Of a stretch of DNA of 64,000 nucleotides, positions 1 through 10,571 are shown piece after piece (position 1 is the first letter of the stretch; each line of letters begins with the position of its first letter). Where the stretch lies: assembly GCA_043747615.1 (NCBI GenBank), contig JAYTOU010000060.1, forward strand, positions 1-64,000, written 5' to 3'. A model generated the notes under the pieces. It did no database searches and was not told the DNA's origin. It was given only the letters and a program-made list of their open reading frames with translations. Source of the DNA: Myxococcales bacterium. Its GTDB lineage: Bacteria; Myxococcota_A; Polyangia; Polyangiales; Polyangiaceae. Position numbers and translations under genes: made by a program.

Positions 1-1481
1 ACGATACCGCCTGCGTAGCCTGCCCCTTCGCCGCAGGGAAATAAGCCTCGAATGTGCACGTGCTCGAGTCGCTCCGGGTCGCGCGGGATGCGCACCGGCG
101 ACGAGGTTCGCGACTCGACCGCCACCACCACGGCCTCGTTCGTGAGGTAGCCCTTCATCTTCGCTCCGAATGCGCGAAGCCCGACCTGCAGACGCTGCGC
201 GATGTCCGGCGGCAGGAGCTGGTCGACGCGGTGGCTGACGATCCCCGGCGGATAGCTGCACTCGGGGAGGTCGGCGGAGGGGCGCCCTTCGATGAAGTCG
301 ATCATGCGCTGCGCGGGAGCGATCTGACTTCGCCCGCCGGCGATCCACGCTGCATGCTCGAGCTCCCGCTGGTGGCGCACGCCGCTCAAGGGGTCATCGC
401 TTCCCTGTGGGCCGCGCACCTCGACCACGATTCCGCTGTTCGCGAAGGGGTTGTTGCGTTTGCTCGGGCTCCATCCGTTGGTGACGACCTCGTCCGGGGC
501 GGTCGCGCAAGGGGCGATGATGCCACCTGGACACATGCAGAATGCATATACCCCTAGACCGCGCACTTGTTCGACGGCGCTGTAGCTCGCCGGGGGCAGG
601 TGCGGATCGCGCACCGGAGAGTGGTAACGAATGCCGTCGATGATTGACTGGGGGTGCTCGAGACGGACGCCCATCGCAAAGTCTTTCCGCTCGATGGCGA
701 TGCGCTTCTTCTCCAGGAGCTCGAAAATATCCCGCGCGGAGTGTCCGGTGGCCAGGATGAGCCGTTTGCCGGGAAGGTCTTCCCCGTTCGCGAGAACGAC
801 GCCGTGAATCGCGCCGTCACGCACCACGAAATCTGCAACCCGCGCACCGAATCGAACCTCGCCGCCGGCGTGGACGATCGCTTCGCGCATCGCGGTGATG
901 ATCCCGGGGAGCTTATTCGTGCCGATGTGAGGGTGAGCGTCGATCAGAATGTCGGGGCTGGCTCCATAAGAGACGAGGGTGCGGAGGACTCCGATCACGT
1001 CGCCGCGCTTGGAGCTGCGGGTGTAGAGCTTTCCGTCGCTGTAAGTCCCCGCGCCCCCCTCGCCGAAGCAGTAGTTGCTGTCTGGGTCGACCAGGTGCTG
1101 CTGGGTGATCGCGGCGAGATCGCGGCGGCGCGCGCGCACGTCTTTCCCACGTTCGAGGACGATGGGACGGAGACCGAGCGCGATGCTCCGTAGCGCGGCG
1201 AAGAGACCCGCGGGGCCTGAGCCCACGATGAGCACACTCTCTTTTTTTCCGACGTCGGGCAGCGGGATTGCGTCGAGCACCTGGGGGGCGAAGGGGCTCT
1301 TCGAGATGTCGACCCGAAGCTGCACGCGGGGCTCACGGGCGCGAGCGTCGATCGATCGCTTCTGGATTCGCACGCCGAGCGCTTCACCGGCGGTCCAACC
1401 CGCAGCAGCTTCGGCAGCCTCGCGAACTTGGCTCGGATCTGCGGCCGCGGCCGGCGTCACCACGACGTCCACCGTGCGCAA
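1..1481 (-). CDS. FAD-dependent oxidoreductase (COG2509-type), runs off the left edge
   Basis: Not in the ORF track. Manual translation from TTG at 1481 gives VLIVGSGPAGLFAA (Rossmann motif), NYCFGEGGAGTYSDGKL and, at the edge, GLFPCGEGAGYAGGIV. Confidence 0.9.
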   Translation of the reverse strand, partial: MRTVDVVVTPAAAADPSQVREAAEAAAGWTAGEALGVRIQKRSIDARAREPRVQLRVDISKSPFAPQVLDAIPLPDVGKKESVLIVGSGPAGLFAALRSIALGLRPIVLERGKDVRARRRDLAAITQQHLVDPDSNYCFGEGGAGTYSDGKLYTRSSKRGDVIGVLRTLVSYGASPDILIDAHPHIGTNKLPGIITAMREAIVHAGGEVRFGARVADFVVRDGAIHGVVLANGEDLPGKRLILATGHSARDIFELLEKKRIAIERKDFAMGVRLEHPQSIIDGIRYHSPVRDPHLPPASYSAVEQVRGLGVYAFCMCPGGIIAPCATAPDEVVTNGWSPSKRNNPFANSGIVVEVRGPQGSDDPLSGVRHQRELEHAAWIAGGRSQIAPAQRMIDFIEGRPSADLPECSYPPGIVSHRVDQLLPPDIAQRLQVGLRAFGAKMKGYLTNEAVVVAVESRTSSPVRIPRDPERLEHVHIRGLFPCGEGAGYAGGI

Positions 1482-1486
1482 CGTGC

Positions 1487-2620
1487 TTATTTTGCGCTCC
1501 CGAACACGAGAAGCCGAGCGCCGATGGAATCCGCCAGGTAGACGTTGCCGTTCGCGTCGGCCACAGGATTGCGTGCTCCTTCGAACGTCGCGGCGGTCGC
1601 AGTGACGGAGAGCTGCCCCTTGTCGTCCGCCCGGGCCACGGTGAGCCGCGCCGCTTTCCCGGCCGCGATGTAGAGCAGCTGCGTTGCTTCGACGTAGTCG
1701 ATGTTGTCGACGCCCGCGCCGGTGTCGAGCTTGCCGAGGAGCGCGCCGTCATGCGCCGCGTCGAGCACTTGGACGTGATCGGTGCAGGCAACGAAGACGA
1801 AGCTTCTCGCGACGTCCACGGCAAGGCCGCGCGGGCCATCGCTCCCGCAGCCCGGGCTCCAGGTCGATTTTACCTTGTGGGTCCTCGCGTCGATGGTCAG
1901 AGTCTGGTTCGCGTCTTCGAGGTTCGTGAAGAAGAGGCCGTGCGTCTCGTCGACCGCGTAACCCTCGGGCGCGCCATTCACCTTGATCACCAGCTTGCTC
2001 TGCAGGGTGTCCGGCTTCGACGCATCGAGCACCACGAGTGCGTTGGCCCCCGTCGTTACCCACACCTCTTTCGTGGAGGCGACGTACACCACACCGTCGG
2101 TCGCCACGGGGAGCTTCAGGCACTTCGCGGGCTTCAGGGTCTTCACGTCCACCGGGCACACTTCGCTCGTCGCGCGGTTGCCGACGTAGACGAATCCGTC
2201 ACCGACCGAGGCGGCGCTGGGGCCAAAGGTGCGCTTTCTGCCGCCTACTTCGCGCTCGGCAGTCTTGAACCCGTCGACCCGCGTGAAGGTGCCGCCTGCG
2301 ATGTCGAAGACGTCCACGCTCCCCGTGCTGCCGACCGGAATCCAAACCCGCGACGCCGCACGTTCGTAGGCGACGTAGTCGAGAAAGGCGGGACCCGTCG
2401 CGCCGGGAAGGGGAACGGACTTTGCGCTCAGTTGGGCGATCACCGCGGCGGGCGGACCCGCATCGACCGCTACAACGGCTGCTGCGGTGACGACCGCCGG
2501 TGCGATGGAATGGCTCGGCGCAGGCTTGGGAGCGACTGCCACGGCCGCGGGCTCTGCGGCGCACGCGAAACACGGTACAACGAGGGCTGCGACGATCGCA
2601 CGACGCCTGGAATTCAGCAT
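1487..2620 (-). CDS. Exported YncE/YVTN-type beta-propeller protein
   Basis: Signal peptide, Pro/Ala linker and repeated blades (DGVVYVASTKEVWVT, PEGYAVD, PRGLAVD, GVDNIDY). Confidence 0.75.
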   Translation of the reverse strand: MLNSRRRAIVAALVVPCFACAAEPAAVAVAPKPAPSHSIAPAVVTAAAVVAVDAGPPAAVIAQLSAKSVPLPGATGPAFLDYVAYERAASRVWIPVGSTGSVDVFDIAGGTFTRVDGFKTAEREVGGRKRTFGPSAASVGDGFVYVGNRATSEVCPVDVKTLKPAKCLKLPVATDGVVYVASTKEVWVTTGANALVVLDASKPDTLQSKLVIKVNGAPEGYAVDETHGLFFTNLEDANQTLTIDARTHKVKSTWSPGCGSDGPRGLAVDVARSFVFVACTDHVQVLDAAHDGALLGKLDTGAGVDNIDYVEATQLLYIAAGKAARLTVARADDKGQLSVTATAATFEGARNPVADANGNVYLADSIGARLLVFGSAK

Positions 2621-4281
2621 CCGTCCGTTTTATCGAGAGGACAGCGATCGCACACGTCCCCTTTTCCGTCGCCGTCGGTGTCCGCTTGCTTCCCCGCGTC
2701 GACGGGTCGAGCCGGGTTGAACACGTCGGGACAATCGTCTTGAGCATCGAGGACGCCGTCACCGTCGCGATCGGTGGCCGAAGTACCGTTCGGATACGTG
2801 TCGCGGAAGGGGACGCAGCTCGGCTCTTTGTCCGGAGTTGCTCCACGGCAGAAGAAGAGCGGGTAGACCGACGCAGCCTGCACCGCGGCGAGGGTCTGTG
2901 CGCCTCCCGTGTCTTGCGAGACGCACGCGCGCTTGGCCACACCGCACACGTCGAACGTCTCGCATTTGTCGCCACCTACGCCGGCGACGATGGCCTCGTC
3001 TCCGTAGAGGACCTTGCCACCACGCAAGACGAGGGCGACGTCTTCGACCGAAGCGCCGATGACCGCGCGGTACTGCGGACGACCCATATTTGCGAAGACG
3101 GCAATGTCGGCGACGTAGCCCACTTTCAGCTGCCCGATGACGGCGTCCGCGCCGGCGGCCGATGCCGCGTTGCTGGTGACCATCTGCCAGAGCTCCTTGT
3201 CGGAGAAAGCGTCGTGAAAATATTTTTGATTGAGCGAGTCGGCGCAAGCAAGCTCGCGGAGCATGTTCATCGAGCCAGACGGGAGCCAGTCCGTACCGAG
3301 CGAAATCGGAACACCGAGCTCCTTGAGAAGGGCGACAGGAGCGGTGTCTCCGTAGAGATCGATATTCGTGCGCGCCGACCACACCACGTGCGCCCCGCGA
3401 TCCTTGTAGAGCTTTGCATCGTTCGCGCTGATGGCGATGGAGTGAATGATCGAGGTCTTTGCCTGGACGACGTCGGCCGCGTCGCCCGCGCTCATGCACA
3501 CCAGCTCGTTGTGCGCGGCGGCGTTGATCCCCTCCGCGATGTGCGGGAAATAATGGCCTCCCGCGAGATCCGTGGCCGCGTTCGGAAGGCTCGGATACCC
3601 GCACCCGGAGGCGATCTCGACGCCGCTCGTGTCCTTGAGGGGAAAGGTGTCGAACTTCACGGCGGCGATCGTCAGGCCTTCGAGCTGAGAAGCGCTCGCC
3701 AAGTTTCGGAGGAGCCCCGGCTGACCTCCGGAGGTGACGGTGGACGTCGTGCCCGACATCACGAAGCGGAGCTCGGCGGCGAGCACCGTGGCCTTGTTCT
3801 TCGTCGCCGTGGGGTACGGGGTCAGCTTGGTGTGCATGTTGGCGCCGGTGCGCCAGTCGTTGCGATGCTCGAAGCGCTCCGTGCCGTGTCCGCTCGGAGG
3901 ATTTCCGGCGTAGTCGATATGATCGTGCGTGTTGATGAGCGACGGCGAAATCACGCCGTGCGAGCAGTCGAGGAGGGTCGCGGCCGAAGCGCCCGTAGCG
4001 GACGCGCAGCTCACGTCGACGCAGGTGATCATTCCATTGGTGTCGACGAGCACTTCGCCGAGGGGGATGAGCGCGTCTGGCGCGAGGACCATTCCTCGCA
4101 GAAGGATCCCCGCCGTACCTTGCGTCATCACGCTGCACGCAGGGCCGGTCGCCGCAGGTCCGCTGTCCACGACGTCGCCCGCGTCGTCCTTGTTGTTACT
4201 GCTGATGTGGACGACGTTGTTGCTCGAACAAGCGACCAGCGCGACCGTCGTACCGAGGGAAAAGAAAGCTATATTTTTCAC
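2614..4281 (-). CDS. Amidohydrolase-family lipoprotein with C-terminal thrombospondin type-3 repeats
   Basis: Lipobox LVAC, metal motif INTHDH, HIAEG, LGTDW, GYVADIAVF; C-terminal DRDGDGVLDAQDDCP and DTDGDGKGDVCDRCP. Start placed at GTG 4281. Confidence 0.85.
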   Translation of the reverse strand: MKNIAFFSLGTTVALVACSSNNVVHISSNNKDDAGDVVDSGPAATGPACSVMTQGTAGILLRGMVLAPDALIPLGEVLVDTNGMITCVDVSCASATGASAATLLDCSHGVISPSLINTHDHIDYAGNPPSGHGTERFEHRNDWRTGANMHTKLTPYPTATKNKATVLAAELRFVMSGTTSTVTSGGQPGLLRNLASASQLEGLTIAAVKFDTFPLKDTSGVEIASGCGYPSLPNAATDLAGGHYFPHIAEGINAAAHNELVCMSAGDAADVVQAKTSIIHSIAISANDAKLYKDRGAHVVWSARTNIDLYGDTAPVALLKELGVPISLGTDWLPSGSMNMLRELACADSLNQKYFHDAFSDKELWQMVTSNAASAAGADAVIGQLKVGYVADIAVFANMGRPQYRAVIGASVEDVALVLRGGKVLYGDEAIVAGVGGDKCETFDVCGVAKRACVSQDTGGAQTLAAVQAASVYPLFFCRGATPDKEPSCVPFRDTYPNGTSATDRDGDGVLDAQDDCPDVFNPARPVDAGKQADTDGDGKGDVCDRCPLDKTDGC

Positions 4282-4318
4282 GTGCACACCTCTGGAATGG
4301 GAGCAGTCTAGCACTGCG

Positions 4319-5224
4319 ATGAAAAACCGGGCGAGACGCGCCTCGAACCTGCTAGCTCACAGGTTCTTGTTTCGCCCCCGAACGCACCTCGCCGCGGTCT
4401 TGACGTTTCTGTCCGCCATCGCATCGGCACCGAGCGCACGGGCCGGGGAGCCTCCCTCCCCGCTCGCGCTCACGCCGATCGTGGCCAGTCCCAAGGACGA
4501 AACGAAGCCGGCCTACCAGCTTTACGCGGAGACGGATCTTCCGCTCCTCGGCATCGGCCTGGTAATGGCATCGACGCGCCTCGTCCGCACCCAACCCGCG
4601 TACTGCGCGCCCCTGTGCGAAAGAGCCCAGCTCAATTGGCTCGATCGCGCGAACGCCGGAGTCTACAACACGGGCTGGGCAACGGCGTCGGACGTCGGCC
4701 TCTACGGCGGGATGATGGGCGGAGTCGCCCTCTTCCTGTGGATCGATGAAGGGGCGCTCCCCGCGCTGAACGACGCGGTGGTCGTCGCCGAGTCCGCGCT
4801 CTCCGCGTTGGCCGTCTCGTCGCTGGCGACGCTCGCCGCGGGAAGGCCGCGTCCCTTTCTCTACGGAGAGAACGCGCCCCTGGAAGTCCGAAATAGTGCC
4901 GATGCGGGCCTGTCGTTCGTGAGCAACCACGCCTCGGTCGCTTTTGCCGTCGCGGTCTCGACCTACATCACGTCGCGGCGCTTGCGAACCCATGTCGGCA
5001 ACGTCGTCCCGACGCTCGTGCTCATAGGCGGGCTGGCGGCTGCGTCCTTCGTGTCCACCTCGCGCGTGCTCGCCGGCAAGCATTTCGTGACCGATTCGAT
5101 CGCCGGCGCGGTCATTGGAAGCTCCGTGGGCGTCCTCATTCCAGCGCTCCATGGCTCGCCGGTGAAGGTGATGCCCAAGGTCACCTCTCAGGAAGTTTCC
5201 CTTCAGCTCGTCGGTGCGTTTTGA
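4319..5224 (+). CDS. PAP2-family membrane phosphatase
   Basis: Motifs GRPRP, SFVSNHAS and SRVLAGKHFVTD with hydrophobic helices. Start uncertain (ATG 4319). Confidence 0.85.
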   Translation: MKNRARRASNLLAHRFLFRPRTHLAAVLTFLSAIASAPSARAGEPPSPLALTPIVASPKDETKPAYQLYAETDLPLLGIGLVMASTRLVRTQPAYCAPLCERAQLNWLDRANAGVYNTGWATASDVGLYGGMMGGVALFLWIDEGALPALNDAVVVAESALSALAVSSLATLAAGRPRPFLYGENAPLEVRNSADAGLSFVSNHASVAFAVAVSTYITSRRLRTHVGNVVPTLVLIGGLAAASFVSTSRVLAGKHFVTDSIAGAVIGSSVGVLIPALHGSPVKVMPKVTSQEVSLQLVGAF

Positions 5225-5496
5225 GCTCGCAGCGCACACGCGTCGCCGTTGGTGCGGCAATCGTCGCGCTCTTGTCGCCTCTCGCGATCCTGGAGTGCGG
5301 CAGCGGCTCGACCGGCCCGTGTCCGCTCAGAGTCCCCAAGGACAAGGCGCCGTGCAACTCCGGCGGCATCTCCGCGTACTGTCATTATGACTGTGTCACG
5401 GGCGTCGGAGCGAGCTACTATGCGGTATGCAGTGGGTCCTCGTGGAGCGTCACGGCGTACCCGGTTGACTGCTCGCGCGACGCCGGGGGAGACTAA
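5221..5496 (+). CDS. Small Cys-rich exported protein or lipoprotein
   Basis: Hydrophobic N-terminus ending ILEC, six further Cys, start overlaps the upstream stop. Confidence 0.55.
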   Translation: MSSQRTRVAVGAAIVALLSPLAILECGSGSTGPCPLRVPKDKAPCNSGGISAYCHYDCVTGVGASYYAVCSGSSWSVTAYPVDCSRDAGGD

Positions 5497-5503
5497 AAGC
5501 AAC

Positions 5504-6505
5504 GTGGTCTCTTACGTGCGCATTCTCGCCGGTGTGGGCGCGCTCTTCGGCAGCGCCGCGGGCTGCAGCGGTGGAACGAGCTTCGCGGAGACCGGCGGTC
5601 CACGCTACGCCGCCCTCGAGCACGCGCCCACGACGAGCCCCGAGGAGTCCCGAGCGGCGCGCGCCAGCCACGCGATCCAGACGGTCTTCATCATCCTCAT
5701 GGAGAATCACAATTGGCGGCAGATCAAGGGCAGTGCGTCGGCGCCGTTCATCAACGGAACGCTTCTTCAAATAGGCGCGCACGCTGAAAATTATTTCAAC
5801 GCCCCGAGCGTTCATCCGAGCGAGTCGAACTACATCTGGATGGAGGCGGGCGACAGCCTGGGGATCGCCGACGACGCCGCGCCGGCCACGAACTTCCGAA
5901 CCACGAAAAAACATCTGACGTCGCTCCTCGAGGGCGCAGACGTTTCCTGGAAGTCCTATCAAGAGGGCATCAGCGGGACGGACTGCCCACTCACTCCGCA
6001 GGGTCTCTACGATCCGAAGCACAACGCCGTCCTCTACTTCGACGACATGACGGACGGACGCTCCTCGGCGTCGCCGAAGTGTATCGCGCACGTACGTCCC
6101 TTCACCGAGCTCGCCCGGGATCTGAACGACGACACCGTCGCTGCTTACAATTTCATCACCCCGAATCTGTGCAACGACATGCACAACGACAGCGGCTGCC
6201 CCCGCGCGGACGCCATCAAGAACGGTGACGACTGGCTCGGCGCAGAGTTGCCAAACATTTTGCATTCCGCAGCCTACGCGCGGGGTGGGGCAGTCTTCGT
6301 CACCTGGGACGAGAGCGACGGGCCCGACGCTCCCATCGGCATGCTGGTGCTCTCTCCTTTTGCCATACCCGGCTACGAGACCAGCGCTCACTACACGCAC
6401 AGCGCCCTCTTGCGCACGGTTCAGGAGATTTTCGCGGTGCAGCCTTTCTTGCGGAACGCGGCCGAATCTCCCAACCTGTCCTCGTTCTTCAAGACCTATC
6501 CCTGA
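5504..6505 (+). CDS. Phosphoesterase-family (acid phosphatase/PLC-like) lipoprotein
   Basis: VFIILMENH, HPSESNY, YDPKHN, FITPNLCNDMH, VTWDE, YTHSALLRT; lipobox AAGC. Start placed at GTG 5504. Confidence 0.88.
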   Translation: MVSYVRILAGVGALFGSAAGCSGGTSFAETGGPRYAALEHAPTTSPEESRAARASHAIQTVFIILMENHNWRQIKGSASAPFINGTLLQIGAHAENYFNAPSVHPSESNYIWMEAGDSLGIADDAAPATNFRTTKKHLTSLLEGADVSWKSYQEGISGTDCPLTPQGLYDPKHNAVLYFDDMTDGRSSASPKCIAHVRPFTELARDLNDDTVAAYNFITPNLCNDMHNDSGCPRADAIKNGDDWLGAELPNILHSAAYARGGAVFVTWDESDGPDAPIGMLVLSPFAIPGYETSAHYTHSALLRTVQEIFAVQPFLRNAAESPNLSSFFKTYP

Positions 6506-6511
6506 GACTCG

Positions 6512-7411
6512 CTACGTCTTCGGGAGAACGGCGGTCCGATTGTGGCGCCCGGCGGGCACCCACAGCACATGCTCGGGGCCGGGATAGCGTACTTCGCGAA
6601 TGCGCGCCTGCGTCGGCGGAGAGAGCAGATAATTTTGAAGAGCGAGCGCACCCGCCGCATTTACGCCCGGCACCTTCGCGGGCTTCACGATGATCGCGAC
6701 GAGCATCCGCTGAAGTAGAGGATCCGCCAGCACGAGGGGCTCGAGATCCAAGGCTGTCTCCTTCTGCAACCGCAGAAAAGGAGTCAGACCCCAAAGTGAA
6801 TAAGCCTTTTTCTCCGAAGCGAAGCGGATGGCCTCGTCTTTCTTTTTCCCTTCATCGAGGAGCCATCCGGCGCGGTCGGGACGGCCTGCGGCGTTCCACA
6901 GAATCTCCGTGAGGTACTGGACGCCGTCGATGTGGTTGAGCACGAACGGCGCCTTGGCCGCTGCGATGCGGCGGAACGCTTCGCCTGCATCTTGAAGACC
7001 GCGAACGTGCGCCGGATCGCTCGGAGGGCCAAGGAGCGCCATCTGGTTCGAAAATAGCGTGCGTGGCCATTCGCCGTAGCCTTCCATGACAAAGTCTTCG
7101 GCGTGCTTGTGACCGTAATGGGAGATCACCAGATCGGCGAAGCCCTGGCGCGCGGGCGTGTAGAGCTCGTCGTTCGCAGAGAGCTCGACCCGGTAGGTAG
7201 ACAGTTTGTGAAACTCCGCGATCAGCGTCGGGAGAAGGTTTCCCTCCACGGCCGTGGGGACGCTCAACACGCGCACGACGGTTGGCGACTTCGGAGGCTC
7301 GACCGAGGCCTCGGCGGGTGATGGCGCGGAAGGCTTCGAGCACGCCGCAGCGACCACCGGCAGAGCGCCTAGGAGGATGCCAAACTCGCGTCGACCGACA
7401 CCATATTTCAC
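6512..7411 (-). CDS. Periplasmic binding protein, TupA (tungstate-binding)-like, with Tat/lipoprotein signal
   Basis: GRREFGILL...AAAC signal; ARQGFADLVISH and NQMALLGPPSDPAHVRG resemble the TupA family. Confidence 0.65.
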   Translation of the reverse strand: MKYGVGRREFGILLGALPVVAAACSKPSAPSPAEASVEPPKSPTVVRVLSVPTAVEGNLLPTLIAEFHKLSTYRVELSANDELYTPARQGFADLVISHYGHKHAEDFVMEGYGEWPRTLFSNQMALLGPPSDPAHVRGLQDAGEAFRRIAAAKAPFVLNHIDGVQYLTEILWNAAGRPDRAGWLLDEGKKKDEAIRFASEKKAYSLWGLTPFLRLQKETALDLEPLVLADPLLQRMLVAIIVKPAKVPGVNAAGALALQNYLLSPPTQARIREVRYPGPEHVLWVPAGRHNRTAVLPKT

Positions 7412-7500
7412 GGTGAGCCCTCCCTCGGACGCCTCAGTCTGACACAGAACCGACGATAGCGGATGCAGCGTGACGCGAACCGTGGGATCCCTGCGGCCAG

Positions 7501-8427
7501 GTGCAACCAATCATCTCCGTCAAGAACTTGTCGAAGACTTACGCTTCCGGCTTCAAGGCTCTGAAGAACGTCAACCTGGACATCCAGCGCGGCGAGATCT
7601 TCGCTCTCCTCGGCCCGAACGGCGCAGGTAAGACGACGCTCATCGGCATCATCTGCGGGCTGATCAATCCGTCCACGGGCTCCGTGCTCGCCGACGGCCA
7701 CGACATCATCACCGACTTTCGCGCGGCGCGATCAGAGATTGGCCTCGTGCCTCAAGAGCTCTCGACGGACATGTTCGAGACGGTATGGGCCACCGTCACC
7801 TTCAGCCGCGGCCTCTTCGGCAAGCCAAAAAGCCCAGCCCGCATCGAGAAGGTGCTGCGCGATCTTTCCCTGTGGGACAAGAAGGACGCGAAGATCATGA
7901 CGCTCTCCGGTGGCATGAAGCGCCGCGTGCTCATCGCCAAGGCCCTCTCTCACGAACCGCGGATTCTCTTCCTCGACGAGCCGACCGCGGGCGTCGACGT
8001 CGAGCTGCGGCAAGACATGTGGAAGATGGTTCGCGCTCTGCGTGCCACCGGGGTGACGATCATCTTGACCACTCACTACATCGAGGAGGCGGAGCAGATG
8101 GCGGACCGGATCGGGGTGATCCACAAGGGCGAGATCATTCTGGTCGAAAACAAGGCCGTGCTCATGGAAAAACTAGGCAAAAAGCAGCTTATTCTGCATC
8201 TTCAGCGCTCCCTCGACAAAGTGCCGGACGCGCTCGCGTCGTACGCTCTCGAGCTCGCGAGCCATGGCGATCAGCTGATCTACACGTTCGACGCAGCCCA
8301 CGAGCGTTCGAAGATCGCTCCCCTCTTGCGCGAGCTGGCGGAGCTCGGGATCGATTTCAAGGATCTGCAGACCCGCGAGAGCTCGCTCGAAGAAATCTTC
8401 GTCAACCTGGTGAGGTCACGCGCATGA
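7501..8427 (+). CDS. ABC-2 exporter ATP-binding subunit (YadG-like)
   Basis: Walker A GPNGAGKT, signature LSGGMKRR, Walker B LFLDEPT, H-loop TTHY. Confidence 0.95.
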   Translation: MQPIISVKNLSKTYASGFKALKNVNLDIQRGEIFALLGPNGAGKTTLIGIICGLINPSTGSVLADGHDIITDFRAARSEIGLVPQELSTDMFETVWATVTFSRGLFGKPKSPARIEKVLRDLSLWDKKDAKIMTLSGGMKRRVLIAKALSHEPRILFLDEPTAGVDVELRQDMWKMVRALRATGVTIILTTHYIEEAEQMADRIGVIHKGEIILVENKAVLMEKLGKKQLILHLQRSLDKVPDALASYALELASHGDQLIYTFDAAHERSKIAPLLRELAELGIDFKDLQTRESSLEEIFVNLVRSRA

Positions 8428-9191
8428 TCGTCAACACCCACGCGATCCGCGCCATCTACCTCTTCGAGATGGCCCGCGCATTTCGCACCCTCATGCAAAG
8501 CATCCTTTCGCCGGTGGTCTCGACCTCGCTCTACTTCGTGGTGTTCGGCTCGGCCATCGGCTCGCGCATGGCGGAGATCGACGGGGTGAAGTACGGCGCG
8601 TTCATCATTCCCGGCCTCACCTTGCTTTCGCTCTTGAACGAGAGCCTCTCGAACGCGTCGTTCGGGATCTACATGCCTCGCTTTTCGGGAACGATCTACG
8701 AAATCCTGTCATCGCCGATCTCGTACGTCGAGATCGTCCTCGGCTACGTCGGGGCGGCCGCGACGAAATCGATCCTGCTCGGGGCGATCATCTTGATGAC
8801 CGCGCGGCTCTTCGTGAGCTACGAGATCGCCCACCCAATCTGGATGGCAACGTTCTTGGTGCTCACCGCGATCACCTTCAGTCTCTTCGGTTTCGTCATC
8901 GGTCTGTGGGCAGACGGATTCGAGAAGCTGCAGCTCGTCCCCATGCTCGTCGTCACCCCGCTGACCTTCCTCGGCGGCAGCTTTTACTCCATCAAGATGC
9001 TGCCTCCGCTCTGGCAGAAGGTCACGCTCTTCAATCCGGTGGTGTACCTGGTGAGCGGCTTTCGTTGGAGTTTTTACGGCATTTCAGACGTGAGCCCGAA
9101 AGTCAGCCTGGGCATGACCTGCGTTTTTCTGGTGCTCTGTCTCGCGACCGTCCGCTGGATGTTGATGACGGGATACCGGCTGAAGGCGTGA
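8424..9191 (+). CDS. ABC-2 exporter permease (YadH-like)
   Basis: ATGA overlap with the ATPase, multi-[27 protein letters not shown]. Confidence 0.92.
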   Translation: MIVNTHAIRAIYLFEMARAFRTLMQSILSPVVSTSLYFVVFGSAIGSRMAEIDGVKYGAFIIPGLTLLSLLNESLSNASFGIYMPRFSGTIYEILSSPISYVEIVLGYVGAAATKSILLGAIILMTARLFVSYEIAHPIWMATFLVLTAITFSLFGFVIGLWADGFEKLQLVPMLVVTPLTFLGGSFYSIKMLPPLWQKVTLFNPVVYLVSGFRWSFYGISDVSPKVSLGMTCVFLVLCLATVRWMLMTGYRLKA

Positions 9192-9193
9192 CG

Positions 9194-9817
9194 TCAGTGG
9201 CAGGTGTATTTGGCGGCGCCCCCGCCGGTGTCACACTGGGTTCCGGATTTGCACATCACTGTGTCCGTGCCGCTCTCGCCGCACGCGTAGCAATCGTTGG
9301 CGGTGCAAACCTGGGAGTTGCCCGGGCACTCCGAGGCGCCGGTTGGGCACCGGCAACGCCGATGGCCCGCAAGGCAAGCCGCGGGTGTGCCCGGAGCCTC
9401 GCAGACTGCGATGTCCGTCACTCCGGCGTCGTCGCAGCCAATGCACTCGATGGGTGAGCCCGTCACGCCGCCGCAATCGGCGTGACAGTCGGCGACGCAG
9501 GCGCCAGCTCTGCGGCATAGCATCGTCTTTCCAACGCACTCGAGACACGTGTTGACGAAGGCGGGGGTGCCGCATGGAATGTTCGCGGCGTCTGCGTGTG
9601 GCGCGTCGTTGCCCGCATCGCTCTCCGAGCCAACGTCACTGCCATTCGTCGCGTCACCCGCGTCACCCGCGTCACCCGCGTCGCTCGTCGCCGCGTCCGT
9701 TCCGCTTTGATCGAAGAGGTGATCGTCGGTGCCCGACGCCGCCGTGTTGCCTAGGATCCCGTTGCAAGCGACGACGCCAAGCACGAGACAGAGCGCGAGA
9801 CCTACGGTCTTGAGCAT
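9194..9817 (-). CDS. Cys-rich lipoprotein
   Basis: Lipobox VVAC, DAG-rich linker, Cys-rich C-terminal half. Start at ATG 9817. Confidence 0.75.
   Translation of the reverse strand: MLKTVGLALCLVLGVVACNGILGNTAASGTDDHLFDQSGTDAATSDAGDAGDAGDATNGSDVGSESDAGNDAPHADAANIPCGTPAFVNTCLECVGKTMLCRRAGACVADCHADCGGVTGSPIECIGCDDAGVTDIAVCEAPGTPAACLAGHRRCRCPTGASECPGNSQVCTANDCYACGESGTDTVMCKSGTQCDTGGGAAKYTCH
9651..9682. repeat. 9-bp tandem repeat (GCGTCACCC) x3.5 encoding DAG linker repeats
   Basis: Directly visible; lies in frame within the lipoprotein gene. Confidence 0.9.
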
Positions 9818-9875
9818 TCCGTCAATACTAGCACGCCACCTTCGCCCTCGGCCGTCGCGTGCTACTTTTGGCACG

Positions 9876-10556
9876 ATGAACACCACGCTGCGCTCGGTGC
9901 TGCTCGTGCGACACGCGCGCTCGACGGCAAATCGCGACCCGTCGGTGTACAAGCTCACTCCCGACCATGTGATTCCGCTCGCCGACCCGGCAAGCGATCC
10001 GTTCGCGCTCGCGGCCGCCGCAGCCGTCGCCGACCTCCGCCTCGATCCTACAGACCTCTGCAGTTGGTGCTCGACCTACCTCCGTTGCCAGCAGACGGAA
10101 CGAATCGTCCTCGAGTCTGCGTTCGGGGATGTCGCCACGCGCGTGCGGCGCCGAGGGTCGTTCCTTCTGCGCGAGCAGGAATTCGGGGATTGGGACACGC
10201 TCGACGAAGCGGAGATTGCTGCGCGCGATCCCGTGCGCTTGGCCAGGCGCAAGCTCTTAGACGACAACTTCGGTCGCTTCTATTTCCGCTATCCGGGGGG
10301 CGAAAGCCGCGCAGACGTAACGCAACGCGTGGGCATTTTCATCAGCAAGATGCAGCGCTCGCGCTATCCGCACCACATCGTCTTCTTGCATGGAGTCACG
10401 CAGCGGGCGTTCCGCATGATCTGGTTCGATCGGTCCCCCGACTGGTTCGAGGAGGAGCCGAATCCGGCGAATGCGTCGGTTACGTTGATCGATCGCGACG
10501 GACGGGGGCGGTGGATCGATCGCACGATCGCATGCGGGGAGAGCGTCGTGCGTTGA
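9876..10556 (+). CDS. Histidine phosphatase (phosphoglycerate mutase-like) family protein
   Basis: LLVRHARS, STYLRCQQT, LREQEFGDW, YPGGES, VFLHG. Confidence 0.88.
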   Translation: MNTTLRSVLLVRHARSTANRDPSVYKLTPDHVIPLADPASDPFALAAAAAVADLRLDPTDLCSWCSTYLRCQQTERIVLESAFGDVATRVRRRGSFLLREQEFGDWDTLDEAEIAARDPVRLARRKLLDDNFGRFYFRYPGGESRADVTQRVGIFISKMQRSRYPHHIVFLHGVTQRAFRMIWFDRSPDWFEEEPNPANASVTLIDRDGRGRWIDRTIACGESVVR

Positions 10557-10571
10557 CTCGCAGCGCTGATC

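Noticed and set aside
4319..10556. Three phosphatases as a Pho-regulated island
   Set aside because: No Pho box seen upstream, and they lie about 20 kb or more from pst in different operons.
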